From contig CM082578.2 in NCBI GenBank assembly GCA_040954595.2, positions 16,871,603 to 16,935,602 on the forward strand: a stretch of DNA of 64,000 nucleotides, written 5' to 3'. The notes under the pieces were generated by a model. The model was not told the DNA's origin and did no database searches. It was given only the letters and a program-made list of their open reading frames with translations. Below, piece after piece: positions 1 to 13,492 of the stretch. Position numbers and translations under genes: made by a program. Within the stretch, counting starts at the first letter, position 1; each line of letters opens with the position of its first letter. The DNA is from Balanoglossus misakiensis (taxonomy: Eukaryota > Animalia > Hemichordata).

Positions 1-754
1 ATATTTTGTGTGTCTGTCTGCCGGTTTGAACACTGTACACGCGTGACCTTTGACCTTTTACTGTTTCGGCAACTAACATACACTGTATATATACGTACTC
101 AGATTTCCTAGTTATAGGAAGTGGGAGTAAAGTTCAGTGCCATTTTTATGCAGTTATGTTTTGTACTGGAGATTTACAGGTATTAGTTTGCAGGTCATGT
201 ATTTGTGCCTCACAACACGGTCCCTCTATTCAATAATGACTACAATCACGTGATTGATGGTGTTTGCCTGAGTTTAATTAAACGTCACCCAGTTAATCAT
301 AGTCAAAATATGGTCAAACGACTCAAATGTTTTTTTAGATAAATACGTTACAGCAGGTAATTTGAAAACAATTTCTAAAGTAATACATGTAATGAGAAAC
401 GCTGTTGTGCTCCAATTAGATTAGGTCGCATTATCAGTGCCATGCGTGCTGCCCATAGGGGGTATCAATATTTTATGTCGGTTGTATTAGTATGGCACGG
501 AGAGTGAAAAATCGACTACATCCTCTTCATACCTGCGAGGCTCCCCGGAGAGGTTTGCCATGTTTGTACCGATGAGGAAGGAGTTTACAGGGTCTGAGGC
601 AAACATTTGTGTCTGAAAATCGTGACAACATCGTAGGGGTGTCCAAAATAACCATCACCGCTGGCAACGAAATCGTTTGCTTGTTTTCGGATTGAAACAA
701 TATAAGGCTTCGGTTTTAACTTGGATTTGTTTTTTTGGGGGGTGGTTGGGTTGT

Positions 755-830
755 GATTGATTGATTGATTGGTTGGTTGGTTGGTTGGTTGGTTGGTTGG
801 TTGGTTGGTTGATTGATTGATTGATTGATT
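755..830. repeat. Compound tetranucleotide microsatellite (GATT)4(GGTT)10(GATT)5
   Basis: Read directly from the sequence. It explains the NQSI/NQPT repeats in spurious ORF 655..909. Confidence 0.95.
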
Positions 831-3800
831 TACTATGTCTATATTTAAAAAACTGCCTCAAAAGAGATGAATAGGCATGTGCATGGCCAGGTACTCCGCA
901 AAGAATCAATATCGCCGATTGGACTCTGACAGTGTACTTGCGTGACGCAGTGACACCATCAATTAAGAGGTTAACAGCACAAAACTTGTGCAGGTAGCGG
1001 TAACCGAACTCTTTGTTTCCTGATATTAAAGATCGGAGTCAGGGCACGCCACAGATCATTTGGAGACTGACAGCGTGGTGTGTGTATACACATCAATTGA
1101 TATGCGGCAGTGTACTTGTCCCGTCGGTTCATTATCGAAAGCAATGACGCTGTCTGCTGTAATGTAGACGGACAGAGGAGACGGGATTAGGCCAAGTGCA
1201 AGTAGCATGTTCCATTGACGATTGACTGCCCTCCCACGGGAGATCCGGCTCACGTGATAAGTAGATACGTACAGGAGATGTTAACTAACTAGATTCTGTG
1301 AGAAAAAATACGTATTAAGATATTCACATTACAATGCGCCGTAGTTATATCGTTTCTGGACCAGTGTTCTGAATACTCCTAGAACATTACTGCGTTCGCC
1401 ACAGAGCTCGTCCTATATCTGTCATACGGGTATCAGTGAATTTATTTTCTTCTAATGTCAGATTACTGAGCATGGAACCCATGTGCCTCAGTGGTAAATC
1501 GGTCTTTTCAGCTGCAAGTGTCAGCCCCTCGCCATTGTGCAGTGAACAACTTTCAATTTGCACGAGTGGACCGCTTGTATACCCCACGTGATATTTTCCC
1601 CAGTAAGTGATTAATTTCGACTGCATCAAACCACATTAAGACATTCTCGCGTTCACCTCTAAGGCATGATTTCATTCTCGCGCTCACACCATTCACGTGA
1701 ACATTTCTACAAATGCTTCAGCGATGTGATCTTTGTACAATGAGAGCGCAGCCTGTCGAGAAGTAAATGGAAAAATTGATTTTCTGTTAAGCCTTATGTG
1801 GGATCGCAATTTAGCACAGTCATCCAAAAGGTCGGCGATGAAAAGAACCGACTCTCCAACTTTCAAGGAAATTAAGCACATCGCGTGAGTAAGCGACTCT
1901 GCGGATTATTTTTCTCGGTAACAGTCACGTTATGCTCGTCTATAGTCGCCATACATCTATCGCAGGAATATACAATAGTCCGTTCAAATCATAGGCACTC
2001 GAATAAAAAAGTATCTATGTTTCAATCCTCGTATAGTTCTATATATGTTCAGTGCTTGGATTACTCTCAATATCCACAACGCAAATTTATCATACTTTAG
2101 AGAATAAATACAACAACAGAAACCAGGGCTTGTTTTTTCGTTCCAGGACGAATTGAGCAAATAAACGACGTTATCATTGTTATGCCCAATATATATGCGG
2201 TGGGTCACATCATTCCAAGAAAGCTGGGTAGTTATACTTTGATGATCACCGCCATGATGGGAGGGGGGGGGGGACAAGTAATTTATGCACAAATAGGAAT
2301 GATATTACATTCTGTCAACAGAATATCTGGACGTAATAGCTTTCTTTGTATTGGAAAGCAGTTCGGCTAAGCGTGACTGTCGGATGTGCGCTTGACCAAG
2401 TTCAATCGCAATTGGCAGAATATTTCATTGAACACTGAAGAAAAGGTTATTATGTGCACGCAATATTGACACAGATGTGCTACTGTTCGTGCGCCTATTA
2501 CCCGTAATTGCCCTTGTGATTAACATAATTTATGGCGGAGTCATTTTGATTGAAGGCGTCAAGGTTAATTACGTTTCATTCAAAAACCTCAAAAACGTGT
2601 ATTTGTCATTAACCATGTTCTTTACTAGCTGCTTGCAAGCAAGTCGGGAAAAAATGAATAATACAGAAATGCAAAAAAAAGCGTCAACTATAGTGTGGTG
2701 TCAATTATGACAACAGCTGTGTTATGCAAAACAGCTAATTTGTAGGCAAATTACACTCACGAATATGCGTATTCGCGGTAGCAAAAAAATGGCTCGTTAT
2801 ACACCATAGTTTCCCAAGGCTTGTGGCTTGTATATCAAATTATCAACATTTTCAATCAAGAGGCCAGACAGACTGTACACGGATTGTACCAAAGCACAAA
2901 TTGAGAGTGTGACCCCCGCCAATACATTAGTTTTTTTCTACCTTTGTTATCAACAAATTGAGGCTAAGTACGCGTCTTTCCTTGACTCCAATGCAATTTA
3001 CTTTTCTAGACGAAGTTAATGTGATGTTTTCATATTTCCATTTGCTCACAACATCGAAGTTACAGTGCCCGAAGAAAGCTATTACCGCGTCACAAGTTGA
3101 CGGAAACATTAAGCCATGACAATACCAGGCGTCGCTATAGTTACGTTGTTTTCAATGTAACACGATTGTATACCATTTCTATGAATCTGAAATATGAACT
3201 GAGTACAGCAGACTGTTATCTAATGATCACAGATACTCTTCCATAATTTTGCGACCAGGGACAAGCTTTGGAAATCAATCTGTCGGCGACGTGAAAATCA
3301 GATAAATTTCGATTTGTCAAATGCCGACTGTATGTATACGTACAAATGTATGTAGGTATATTGGCAGCGTGACAGTGTTACTAATAAACGAGGGGCGGAA
3401 GACAACCTGATTGGGTGATAAACGACGCGCTTCTCTTTGTTGTGGGGAATTTGAAAATCGTCCCGCTTTTTCATTTCACTTCGTCTGGCCTCTTGAATTT
3501 TAGCACTAGACTGTATACGTGTAAAGCGACTCTTCCCATTGGCACACAGCTGCGTGCGTGACATCGACTCGGAAATAAACTCGCTCAGTCACAGACCGGG
3601 CCGTTCTTATGCAGTGATATCCCCCGCGAGTGAGCACTTCAAAGGCGTAATTTACATAATAGGAAAAAAGGGCTCCTATATCTCTTACTCTTAGTGATGG
3701 GAGCTGTATCGTATCATCTCTTCGGTTAAAACTGGGAGCGAAACTGCAATGCGCTTAAAACGGATTGAGTTTACTTCACTTAAAGTACATCGTACCGCTC

Positions 3801-4395
3801 TCTGAGAATTGACTGGGAGTGAAAATGCGAGTCGTGATGACAGCCGGTTTTGCCATGAGCTGGGCTAACACACTCACGCACACTCACACCATGTTTAATA
3901 CATGATCAACCAAATGGGCGGGCTGCGCTCACCCAGGGAAAGAAGATTGTTTTCGACATTACAAGAAATATCGCTTTCTATTTAAGGATGCCGTTGGTTC
4001 GCTAACGACTTGTCGATTATTAACTTTTCACGTGGTACGTGAAAAATCAATTCGACTTTTTATTGCTTCACTTGAACTCGGGACCCGATTAAAATTTTAC
4101 GCGCATAAACGGGTCACAACATGCCCAGAATCGAGATCGCTCGCCTGGGATAAAAACAATCGAACGTCATTTGTCCAGAAACAAACTTGCAAGAAAATCG
4201 AAGTGCATGCTCGTATACGTGGGGGAAGGGTCATTATTTCTTCAATTTTCGCGGCACACCACACGACAATATTTTCAACTAGGTCTACGCTAGTATAGTG
4301 AAATTGGTCCTGCAGAGGTTATTGTTATGTAGTACATCTCGTTGTAAATATTTAGGTTTAAAAAACGCGAAATTCCGCCGCGTTCACAAACTTAC

Positions 4396-4537
4396 CTAGC
4401 AGGAGAAGTTTCACCTCTTTGTCCGCTCTTTGTTTTGCCGCTTTAATGTCTTTGTCGATCATTTTAGATCGTCGAGCCGCATTCTTATCCTGGTAACTGT
4501 TGCCACAACACGTAACCATTGTCATCCCTTTTACCAT
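4396..4537 (-). CDS. Exon 1 of a divergent heterotrimeric G-protein alpha subunit (Gi/o-like); remaining exons not found, probably left of the window
   Basis: The minus strand translates to MVKGMTMVTCCGNSYQDKNAARRSKMIDKDIKAAKQRADKEVKLLLL(G). It ends CTG CTA G|GTAAGT, a phase-1 donor at the position of intron 1 in G-alpha genes. RSKMID and EVKLLLLG match the G-alpha-i exon 1 at 18872. In-frame ATGs lie at 4537, 4525 and 4519, so the start is uncertain. Confidence 0.88.
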
Positions 4538-7074
4538 ATTAAAGTTATGATATAATGGTCAACTAAATCACGCCGAACAGCAAGCCCGGCCTTTCTAATT
4601 GTTCTCCACTGAGAAGATATTCCCTTGCTTTTCGAGACGCAGGAATCTTGGCCTCAGTTACACGTACATGTCATCCTTATTCTCACCGGAATCCAGCATT
4701 TCGCGAGAAAAAGCAGGTTTCTGGAACGATCGATGAGACAAGAACGCACAAGGGTGGGAATACCGTTATTGCGGTGCTCACTCGCTCACGGGACTTGAAG
4801 CCTGCCGATCCAACACACAATACGAATTCAATATGTCCAATCAAACCGCGACTTCACAGACAAATATATATGGACGTTTATGCGCACAGAAATAAATCCG
4901 TATTCCAGTAGTCCACGGCGACGAAAGTCTAGTTTTTTTTGGAGTTAAAGGGTTTTAAAACGTAGCCGCGAAGATGGCTGATATGAACAATGGTTTAACC
5001 CCACTGTAATGAGAGAAGGGTCGCAGCAATTTTTACAAAAGTGCGATGCTGTTGGTTCCGTGCGAGAAAAACGTTACCCACTTGTACTCTGATAGGCGGA
5101 TTCCTAAATCGATTGCAACAGCAGAAAATGTCGAGAATGGGACGGTTCATTCATCATCATCATCGTCATCATCTTCTTCTCGGTGAAAAAAAAACACCAG
5201 AGCGTCGATACGTCAGTGATGACAAAGCGGATATCGATAAACTGCAAAGGCGGATGTTAGGAGTGTATTGCAACCTCACACGGAGTAATCGCAGTTGAAA
5301 GTGAAGGATTTTTCAAATGGTTCCTGACATGTCGTGCGGCGGAGTGTCGCTTTCTGGTGCGAGGCGCCCTCATGTGATCGTCTGTCAAAATGAGCCGCGA
5401 GAGTTGTGTAGTTTTTCTGCAGTTTGGTTTGGAGTTATCAAGGCAAGCTGTGCAAGTTTATTTACGAGTAAACGGTGAGGTTTAGAAAAATGTATGACAA
5501 AGCAAATAGAGCTGGGATATATCAGTTTAGGATTCAGCGTGCGCATTACTGTGACACAGTTTTCTTTAATTTTCTTTTATTTCAAATTTGTTTGTTGGCA
5601 TCGCCCGGGAGACGCATCTCAAAGCCTGCATTATCAGGAAAAAGCGATTAAATTCCTGTATTTTCCTGTATTGCAAAGATTGATAAACCGGTACCCACAC
5701 GAAAACAAAAGAAAATTCACATGATGTGATAGAGGGCCTCCTTGACATTTAAATTGATTTCTCATCCGAGTTTTTTGGCTTATGCAAATTTATATAAATA
5801 TGTGTATAAATTTCTACTTATATTTAGCAATTACTAGTAACTCTATAGTACATACATACCACCCCCCCCCCCCACACACACACACACACAACCCAGGTCT
5901 AATGATCTCACATAAGGACGAGCCATTATCTCTATATCTTAATTTAAGACTTAACACCACTTTCTTTAAATATATTTTTGTGTCTTTATTAAAATATAAC
6001 TTGATTATAGTAAGATTTTTAGTACATGGCGAAATTGTCAGGTAATTCTATTATACAAGCAAAAGTATGATACAATGAAATATAGAGTTTACATGTACAC
6101 CACGCGGTGAAAATAACTGTAACACGGGCATTTTCATTTAACTTCCCTGGAAACATGGGTGGTATTTCAGACGAAACTGATTTGGCATCAAAGAAAGTCA
6201 AGATGGACAGCTGCAAAACATTCATGAGATATCTTGTAAATAAGAACTGTCAATAAAACAAGTGTAAACGGTGCTATGGTATTGTAAATTCAGTTGTTGA
6301 AGTACCCAGTCCATCTACAGACCAGATGGAAAGCTAGAATGTTTCAAGTGAATAGGGTACTGTGAAAATAAGTCACTCATAAGAAAACAGATTGCCTGCA
6401 GAAGTCAAAATATCGTTGACAAGTTCCACAGTTGATGGCACGTATTCTGTAAAACTATAAAAAACACTCCAGATTTCATGGCTGGTTCACCAAAGGTGAC
6501 TGACCAGCACCAATATCAACTCAATGATTTCACATTCAGAAGACTGCTACCACCTACGCCTTTTGCATAAATTGCACATCCACACTAGCAAATTATGGAC
6601 TTAGAATAATTTAGTCATGCCTGTCCATTATGCATATCGAAAACTCTTTAAGTATAAAACACTTTCATCTTCTTGCAACAGAACTGACATATCCACTCCC
6701 TAAGACTAACCATGCGTAGTGGTACATTGATGCACCCATAGTCACCAAGGGATGAGTTGAAAGACTGGAAGGCATAGATGTGGAAAGACCTGCAGAAACT
6801 CAATACTTGGACTGGCTATATTCATCTGATGGGTGTATGCGAGATGAAAAACCCTGGCCAAAATCCACATTGCACATACATGTATATATTACATTAGAAT
6901 GTCAAGTTGCATCACAGACCATCGAGAGACGAGTCTAAGGTTGCATACAGTCTGCTGTAAAAAATGACACAGCTTCATTCGGGAGAGGGGATATGTACAA
7001 TTTTATAAATAATCAACTGATGGATCGTTTTTTATAGGGAGATGTCCAAAAAAAATAAAACTCTGATCGCTATC

Positions 7075-8493
7075 CTATGAACAGTCCGTGTATGTGGTCA
7101 CCATATTGCCAACTCTTTGCGTCACTGTGCGGCAAGTTTTTCCTCCTGAAAACAAAACCATAATATAAAATGTTGACATCAATGATCATAGTTTCAGCTT
7201 AGTACAATGTACCTGACCCCATTTTACATTTTTTCCAGAATTTTTTAAATTAATTTTCCAGTAATTTTAATTCCTCACCTGATCTGTGTGTGTTCATCTG
7301 TTTATGTACTGTTTTATGTACCTGCAAAAAAAATATATTCATTAGAAAAAACTTTAAATGGGAATTATTATTTTGCATGTTTGAAATTTAACTGGTTGGC
7401 CAACTGACTGACCGATCGACTGTCTGTCTTTCTGGGCTTGATCACTGAGTAAATCGTGCAGATGTGCAAATACCAGGCAGGCAGCAATCATGTATAATTC
7501 AACAATACACGTAACATACCTTTGCATGAGAATTCTGGTGCTGTTTCGAAGCTCCTCCAAAGTTGAAATGGAATCCATTGCCACCACCTGTATGACTTCC
7601 AAACAGATCTCCAAACATATCAAAACCAAAGTCATCATTATCGTCCTCGTCCCCCCAGAAGTCATTATCAAATTTAAAATGACTGTCTCCAAAGTTGAAA
7701 TTGAAGTGACCATTTCCTCCTGATCGCTTGCTTCCACGCCCATGGTATGTGTTAAAACTTTCATCAAAGCTTTTGAAAAAGTCATTGAAGTTGAATTTAA
7801 ACTCTCCACCACCGCCGCCAGTGCCCCTGTTGGCATGCTCCTCAAATGCCGATGCTCCAAGTTGGTCATACTGTCTGCGTTTGTCAGGATCAGATAGTAC
7901 TTCATATGCTGCCAAGGAAAAGTAGAGACATGCAAATCAATACTTGAGAAGAAACTTAGTGAAGCAGGAGCAAAGTTAAACAGACGTAAACAACCCCTCC
8001 TTCCACCAGTGCCCCTGTGTTTGTACTATCTCTGATTTATAGCAGGTCATATTCTGATCTCAGATGGGAAGACTACAAGTTGTTTATGCCATCTTAGAAG
8101 GTTATAAAAGTTCATCACAGACAAGTAATGTTATGTGCTTGCATAAAATTACAATTGTCTGTAAGTATGACAAAATTCTCTTCATGGTGAAGCAAACTTG
8201 TTACTGAAATTGACGTTAATAATCATGCTTGTTAGATAGAGGCCACATTCAAGAACAATCCATATGTGTACATTACCTTTGGCTATTTCAACAAATTGAC
8301 TTTCAGCATCAGGGTCTGTGTTTTTGTCAGGGTGGTACTTCACAGCTAATTTCCTGAAAGCTTTCTTGATCTGTCTGTCTGACGCATCTCTTGGAACACC
8401 CAGAATGTCATAGTAGTCCCTTGTTTTGGAAAGGACCATTTGACAAAGCAGGAAGCTGCAGGCGCAGGCAAAGACTACTGCTTGACATTGCAT
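7075..8493 (-). CDS. DNAJB9: DnaJ homolog subfamily B member 9 (ERdj4), ER-luminal Hsp40, about 239 aa
   Basis: Coding exons 8493-8277, 7908-7520, 7321-7279 and 7145-7075 have GT-AG boundaries, consistent phases and total 720 nt. The protein has a signal peptide, a J-domain with HPD (YHPDKN), a G/F-rich region and the C-terminus [21 protein letters not shown], typical of DNAJB9. A probable 5'UTR exon ends at donor AAG|GTGAGT (about 8834) and splices to an acceptor at about 8508. Confidence 0.93.
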
Positions 8494-8879
8494 ATTTGAA
8501 GACTGTTCCTGTGAACGTGGAGATGTAGACTATGTTATGAATATGAGCGACATGCTACCAACTGGTTTGATCTAACTCCATTATTTTCAATAGCAATGCT
8601 GGACCTTTATAAAGGGAAATTGGGGTCCAGGGGTTTAATATGAACCCCAAATCGGTCTTTGTACATCAATATGTGCAGATTATCTGTCAAGAGATGTTGC
8701 TATGCTACGTACATATGTACTGTACGTTGGACACTTCGGTAAAGATAAGTGACAGTAGATGTTCTGACAACTGATCACATAAAAACCAGTGCCCGTGTGA
8801 ATGTTTACGCCATCTCGATCAATGTACACTCACCTTTCTTGGACAGTACTGAAGACTTCTGATTTCTTTCTGCGCTGCG

Positions 8880-9051
8880 TAACTTTACCTTCGCAAACCC
8901 GGAACTTCCGTAAATAAACAGCGCTCAGCCACGACTCAAATTTTGATTGGTCGAACTGTTATCCACGTGACTGGGATGACATCATCGTGTTGTCAAAACC
9001 CGAACGGTCTCACGTTTTCACGCTTTATCTCGTCTAGCCCTGTAAACAAAT
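8880..9051. promoter_or_regulatory. Bidirectional promoter shared by DNAJB9 and CRBN
   Basis: The genes are divergent, with about 200 bp between the DNAJB9 5'UTR donor and the CRBN ATG. The region is CpG-rich and contains the inverted ETS-like pair CCGGAACTTCCG (8899-8910), an ATTGG/CCAAT box (about 8946), CCACGTGA (about 8963) and TGACATCA (about 8977). Confidence 0.7.
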
Positions 9052-12000
9052 ATGGCTGAAGATCGACTACCATTACTTCTGTACGATGAGCACGATGAAG
9101 ATTCTTCGGATAGTGGTAAATATGGTTATAGTTTTGATATTATTCTATAATATTCACACTATTCTAATTTGAACAGAATGCAAAAAATCGAGAACGTAGC
9201 GTGCGACTGATAAACACCGTCGTGATACCGTGTGCATACGTGCAGTGTTATTGTAAACATGCTTGTCAGTTACGTCACTGTTCTGCAACTTGCAAGACGT
9301 GTTCATCGTCGCATGCATCAACAGTGCGTTCACGTGTACGTGCTTTGATAGTGCCATTGCTTATTCCATGCCTCCGTGTTCGTCGAGACACTAGCTTGTC
9401 TGTCTTACTAAGATCAGTTTTGGAGTAAACAGTGACTTCGTGAAACAAATAATATCTGTCTTCGGTCGCTGCTATTAAATGACAATGTTATTGTTATCAT
9501 GGTTACATGTTTACAATTACTTTTATAATACATGCATAGAAAGTGAAAATGAGATAGAAATGCGTGTGGACCCAGAACCACCTCCTGTGGAGAAACCAGC
9601 AGACACCAACTATGACCCAGCCTTGCCAACTGCTCACTCTGTAAGTATTCATCCCTTTCACTCATAGAATGAGACTGTGCCAGGACAGGAAGGAAAAACA
9701 TCAACAATGCCCATGAACTTTTCTAGGCCAAAGGTTTTAGCACATTGCACATATGCAAGATTTTAAGAAGTCCGTACCATATACATTTACCTGGTTGTCT
9801 GTGCAGCAGAACTAGTTTTAGTGCTGCAGATATCAAAGTGCATTTCCGACAACCCACTGCTACTGAGAAATGGCGACTGACTTCTACCCTTTATCCAAAA
9901 CAGTACCTGGGCACAGATTTAGAAGAATACAGCGGCCGTACTGTCCTGGACGATGACTGTTATATGAGTTTGCCGCTGTTGACATTACCCAGTGTGGTCC
10001 TGATACCTGGCCAGATGCTGCCATTGCATCTATTCCAACCAAGACTGGTATCCATGATGAAGACTGTACTACAAAGTAACAGAACATTCGGCCTTGTTAC
10101 ATGGAGGTAAGAGGCACAGAATCGGAGTCCTTCCAAGTCAATCTGCTCACTGGTAACTGGAATATTGTTCAAAATTTGTTATTGACATATACACATTTGA
10201 ACATGAGTATTACTGTTTGGAGATATGAAATCATTTCTCAGAAATGAGTCTTTTCAATTGATCAACCACTTTGATGCATTCCATCTTCATAGGTATGATG
10301 ACAATAGTGGTGAGCGTACCCTGGCTACTGTTGGAACCACAGCAGAGATTTTCTCAGTCAAGGAGGAGTCTGAAGCTGGCATTGACACCATGAGAATAAA
10401 GGCCATGGGACGGCAGCGATTTGAGCTTATTGAAACAAGGCGGCAGGTTGATGGGTATGTCACCTTATTTCTTTGTCATGTCTCTAATTCTGCTGTGATC
10501 CAGACAAAACTGTGTGCGGTATAGTCGAATCTCAGGGCAGAACCGGTAGTTCACAATTACTACATGTTTAGTACAAATATACTACTTTTTAACAATTCTT
10601 TCTTTTTCCCCCACCCCTTTCCTTGAAGTGTTACCATGGCAAAAGTGAAAATACTGTCTGAAAAAGTTCTACCAGAGTGTCTTGAAGGAGCCAGACTTGA
10701 TTCACAAAATCGATTCAGAATAAAAAGTGTTGTGGCAACAAGAAGGCAGGAAGATCAGGAGAGGAAGAATGGCCAGCCGGATATTGCCTGGATTAAGCGA
10801 ACCAGGTTTACACCGGCCAACCTCACGTGGTGGCCTCCCTGGGTCTACCAGCAGTATGATTGTGTGAGTTCCATTTCTTGTCTGTGTTTGCTTTGATTGT
10901 GAAGTTCATTTTGTCTCCATCAACTCTCATCTGTTTTCCCTCTCGACATTCACTTACAAGATGGGACAAAGAGACTACCGTAAAATGGGAAATTTTTGCG
11001 ACAGGATCTACCGAAAATCTGTCAGTTAAACTGTGCCTATCTGTCAATTGCAGGATTTATTGATGTACAAAATACGACAAGAGTTGGCAAGTTGGTATGA
11101 AGGAACACAAACCAATGTATCATCAGTTCCATCGAACCCCACAGGTAAAAATCTTCAAGACATGTATTGTAGTTGGTCAGTGAATTGACCTGCATGCGTG
11201 AGTCATGTCCACTAAGGATATCAGGGATGTACTTCATTAATTACTTTTTTTGCTATCTTTTTCCCCATAGATTTTTCCTTCTGGGTTGCCAGTAATTTAC
11301 CTTTGAATGACAGGTGGAGGTTACGTTTACTTGAAATAGACTCAGCAGTCCAAAGGCTACGATGCGAATTAGATCTGCTGAAGAAGGTAAGAAACAAAGG
11401 GTACTTACCCTCTTAAAATGGTAAACCAAACCTCAGCTATGTACATATAATATTATATTGTGACAATGTTTCAGGACAATTCTGATGATGTCAGAATTTT
11501 TAATCCTACGTAACGTGTATTTATTCTTCAACAGTGCACTGTGTTGTGTTGCAAAGAATGTCATCAACAGATAGCAAAAAAGAGTGATGTTTTCAGGTGA
11601 GTTTTTTTTTTTTTGCGAAATGTTGGAATCAATATGTTATATAAGAATGGTGAGCAGTATATTTCTTTTCACTCTTGTGAACTGATTAGATGCTGTATTG
11701 ACTAATTTGTTGGTGTTGCTTGCTTACTTTTGTCTAGTATGTCACTGGATGGTCCAATGGCAGCTTATGTCAACCCAGGTGGTTATGTACATGAGACATT
11801 GACCTGTTACAGAGCACAGGGTTTGAGTCTTGTTGGTCGAGCATCAACAGAGAACAGCTGGTTTCCAGGGTGGGTACATCATTTCATCACAGACTCTTCA
11901 TAATCTGTCCAAACATACCAATAGTTGGAAGTGAAATGACTTGTATTTCAGTGCTTGCATCAAGTTTAACTTCCAAGGAAAGATCTGCCCTTTTTTTCAA

Positions 12001-12238
12001 AAAAAAGTAAATTATCTATCGTGATTTTAAATAGTCAATAATTTTGTTGTCAATCAGATATGCATGGAGGATTATCCAGTGCCGCGGGTGTGCCAGTCAC
12101 ATGGGCTGGAAGTTCACATCACACGAGAAAAAATTGAAACCAGAGAAGTTCTGGGGGATATGCAGATCCTCCTTGTTCCCAGATTTAGAAGGCACCTCAG
12201 ACTCTGAAGAAGATCTCCACTGGCAGCCTGTCATGTGA
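9052..12238 (+). CDS. CRBN: Cereblon (LON N-terminal-like domain plus CULT/thalidomide-binding domain), CRL4 substrate receptor, about 448 aa
   Basis: Ten coding exons: 9052-9115, 9540-9640, 9904-10106, 10293-10454, 10629-10863, 11054-11144, 11271-11386, 11535-11596, 11738-11869, 12058-12238. They total 1347 nt with consistent phases. Motifs: [66 protein letters not shown], zinc ligands [37 protein letters not shown]. Confidence 0.96.
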
Positions 12239-13492
12239 TCTGTTGCTGACTAAACTCGCAGAAACATAGTGATTGTTAGATCCCTGGATGAAGTGCCGGG
12301 GACTTCAAGGCATGGGCTTTGTCCATCTGTCCCTGATTTGCATGCATGGGCACTTGTGTCCATCTGCAGCCATTACGCAGACATGCCTGGACCAATTTCA
12401 TTCAAAATTGGTTCATGGATAATGTGTTGTGATGTATATATGATGTATATACGAGTATGCACATGTGATCCAATATGGCTGCCAGGTGGCCATTTTGTCA
12501 CAATTTTTCCATGTCCCGAGCCACATATTACTCAGACAGTCATGAGCTGTTCCATTCAATCACGGTGCAAGAACAGTGAACTGTGATCAACATATGCATG
12601 TCAGTTCCTGTCACAGTATGAACCCAATGAGCTGCTTAGTGTTTTGTGATACTGAGTGTATATAACCATGTTGGTTAATACTTTGTTTGCAAACATTTTG
12701 CTAGCATGCCTTGATTGATTTCACTCCACTATAGTTTCCTCCAATGTTTTCTTGAACCATTAAACCAATTGGGACTGTGTAATTGACAATGACTTGTTCG
12801 TGTATGTCATAACGGTGCATATTTTTTAGAAATTTACAGCAGATTAAGTATGGCTAACAGCCTGTGCAATCAAAAAGAAACACTTTTCTTTGGTTTGTGA
12901 AAATTAACTTTTAATGAAAATTTGTGAGGCAGACTTAACTTTTAGTAAGCAGTGTTGTATTCTAGCTACTGGTTGTTGACAGCTCAGAAATGTTTTTCTT
13001 AATAAGTTTGTTTTGTGTCAATCGATCGTCATGTCAACAGTTACCCATAGTTACTTTACCTGTTCTAGTGAACATATATGTGTGCCCCCAGTAGCTATCA
13101 AGTGCTGTAGGAAGGACATTTGTACATACATGTACATGTATGTTCTTAGTTGGAAATCATGTATGTGCAATAGAAAGTTCTATTTTTTCTATTTACTTGT
13201 ACATCACTTTCCTTTCTAATGAAGGGAAAAATACATGTATGAGCTGACTGTTACAGAAATGAACTTGGAATGTAAAGAAATGTACCGGTAACTTTACACC
13301 AAGGCCTGGATTGCCAAACAAGGGAAAATAGAAACAGAAAGACCACACCGTTAATTGTCTGTAAACCTATATTTTCATGTTTCCACATCCAGTGGACTTG
13401 ACATTAATCCCCCATTAACATAATAAAGACATGTATATTGAAACTTGTAATGAAGCTGCTTTACTTGACTCTAAAAATATTTGCCAGAAAAT

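Noticed and set aside
1693-1881. 'KVGESVLF' as exon 2 (GAGESGKST) of the divergent G-alpha
   Set aside because: It lacks GKST and suitable splice sites. No convincing exon 2 was found in 1-4395.
7354-7935. 193-aa ORF overlapping DNAJB9 exon
   Set aside because: It is an alternative frame of the G/F-rich DNAJB9 exon with no independent features.
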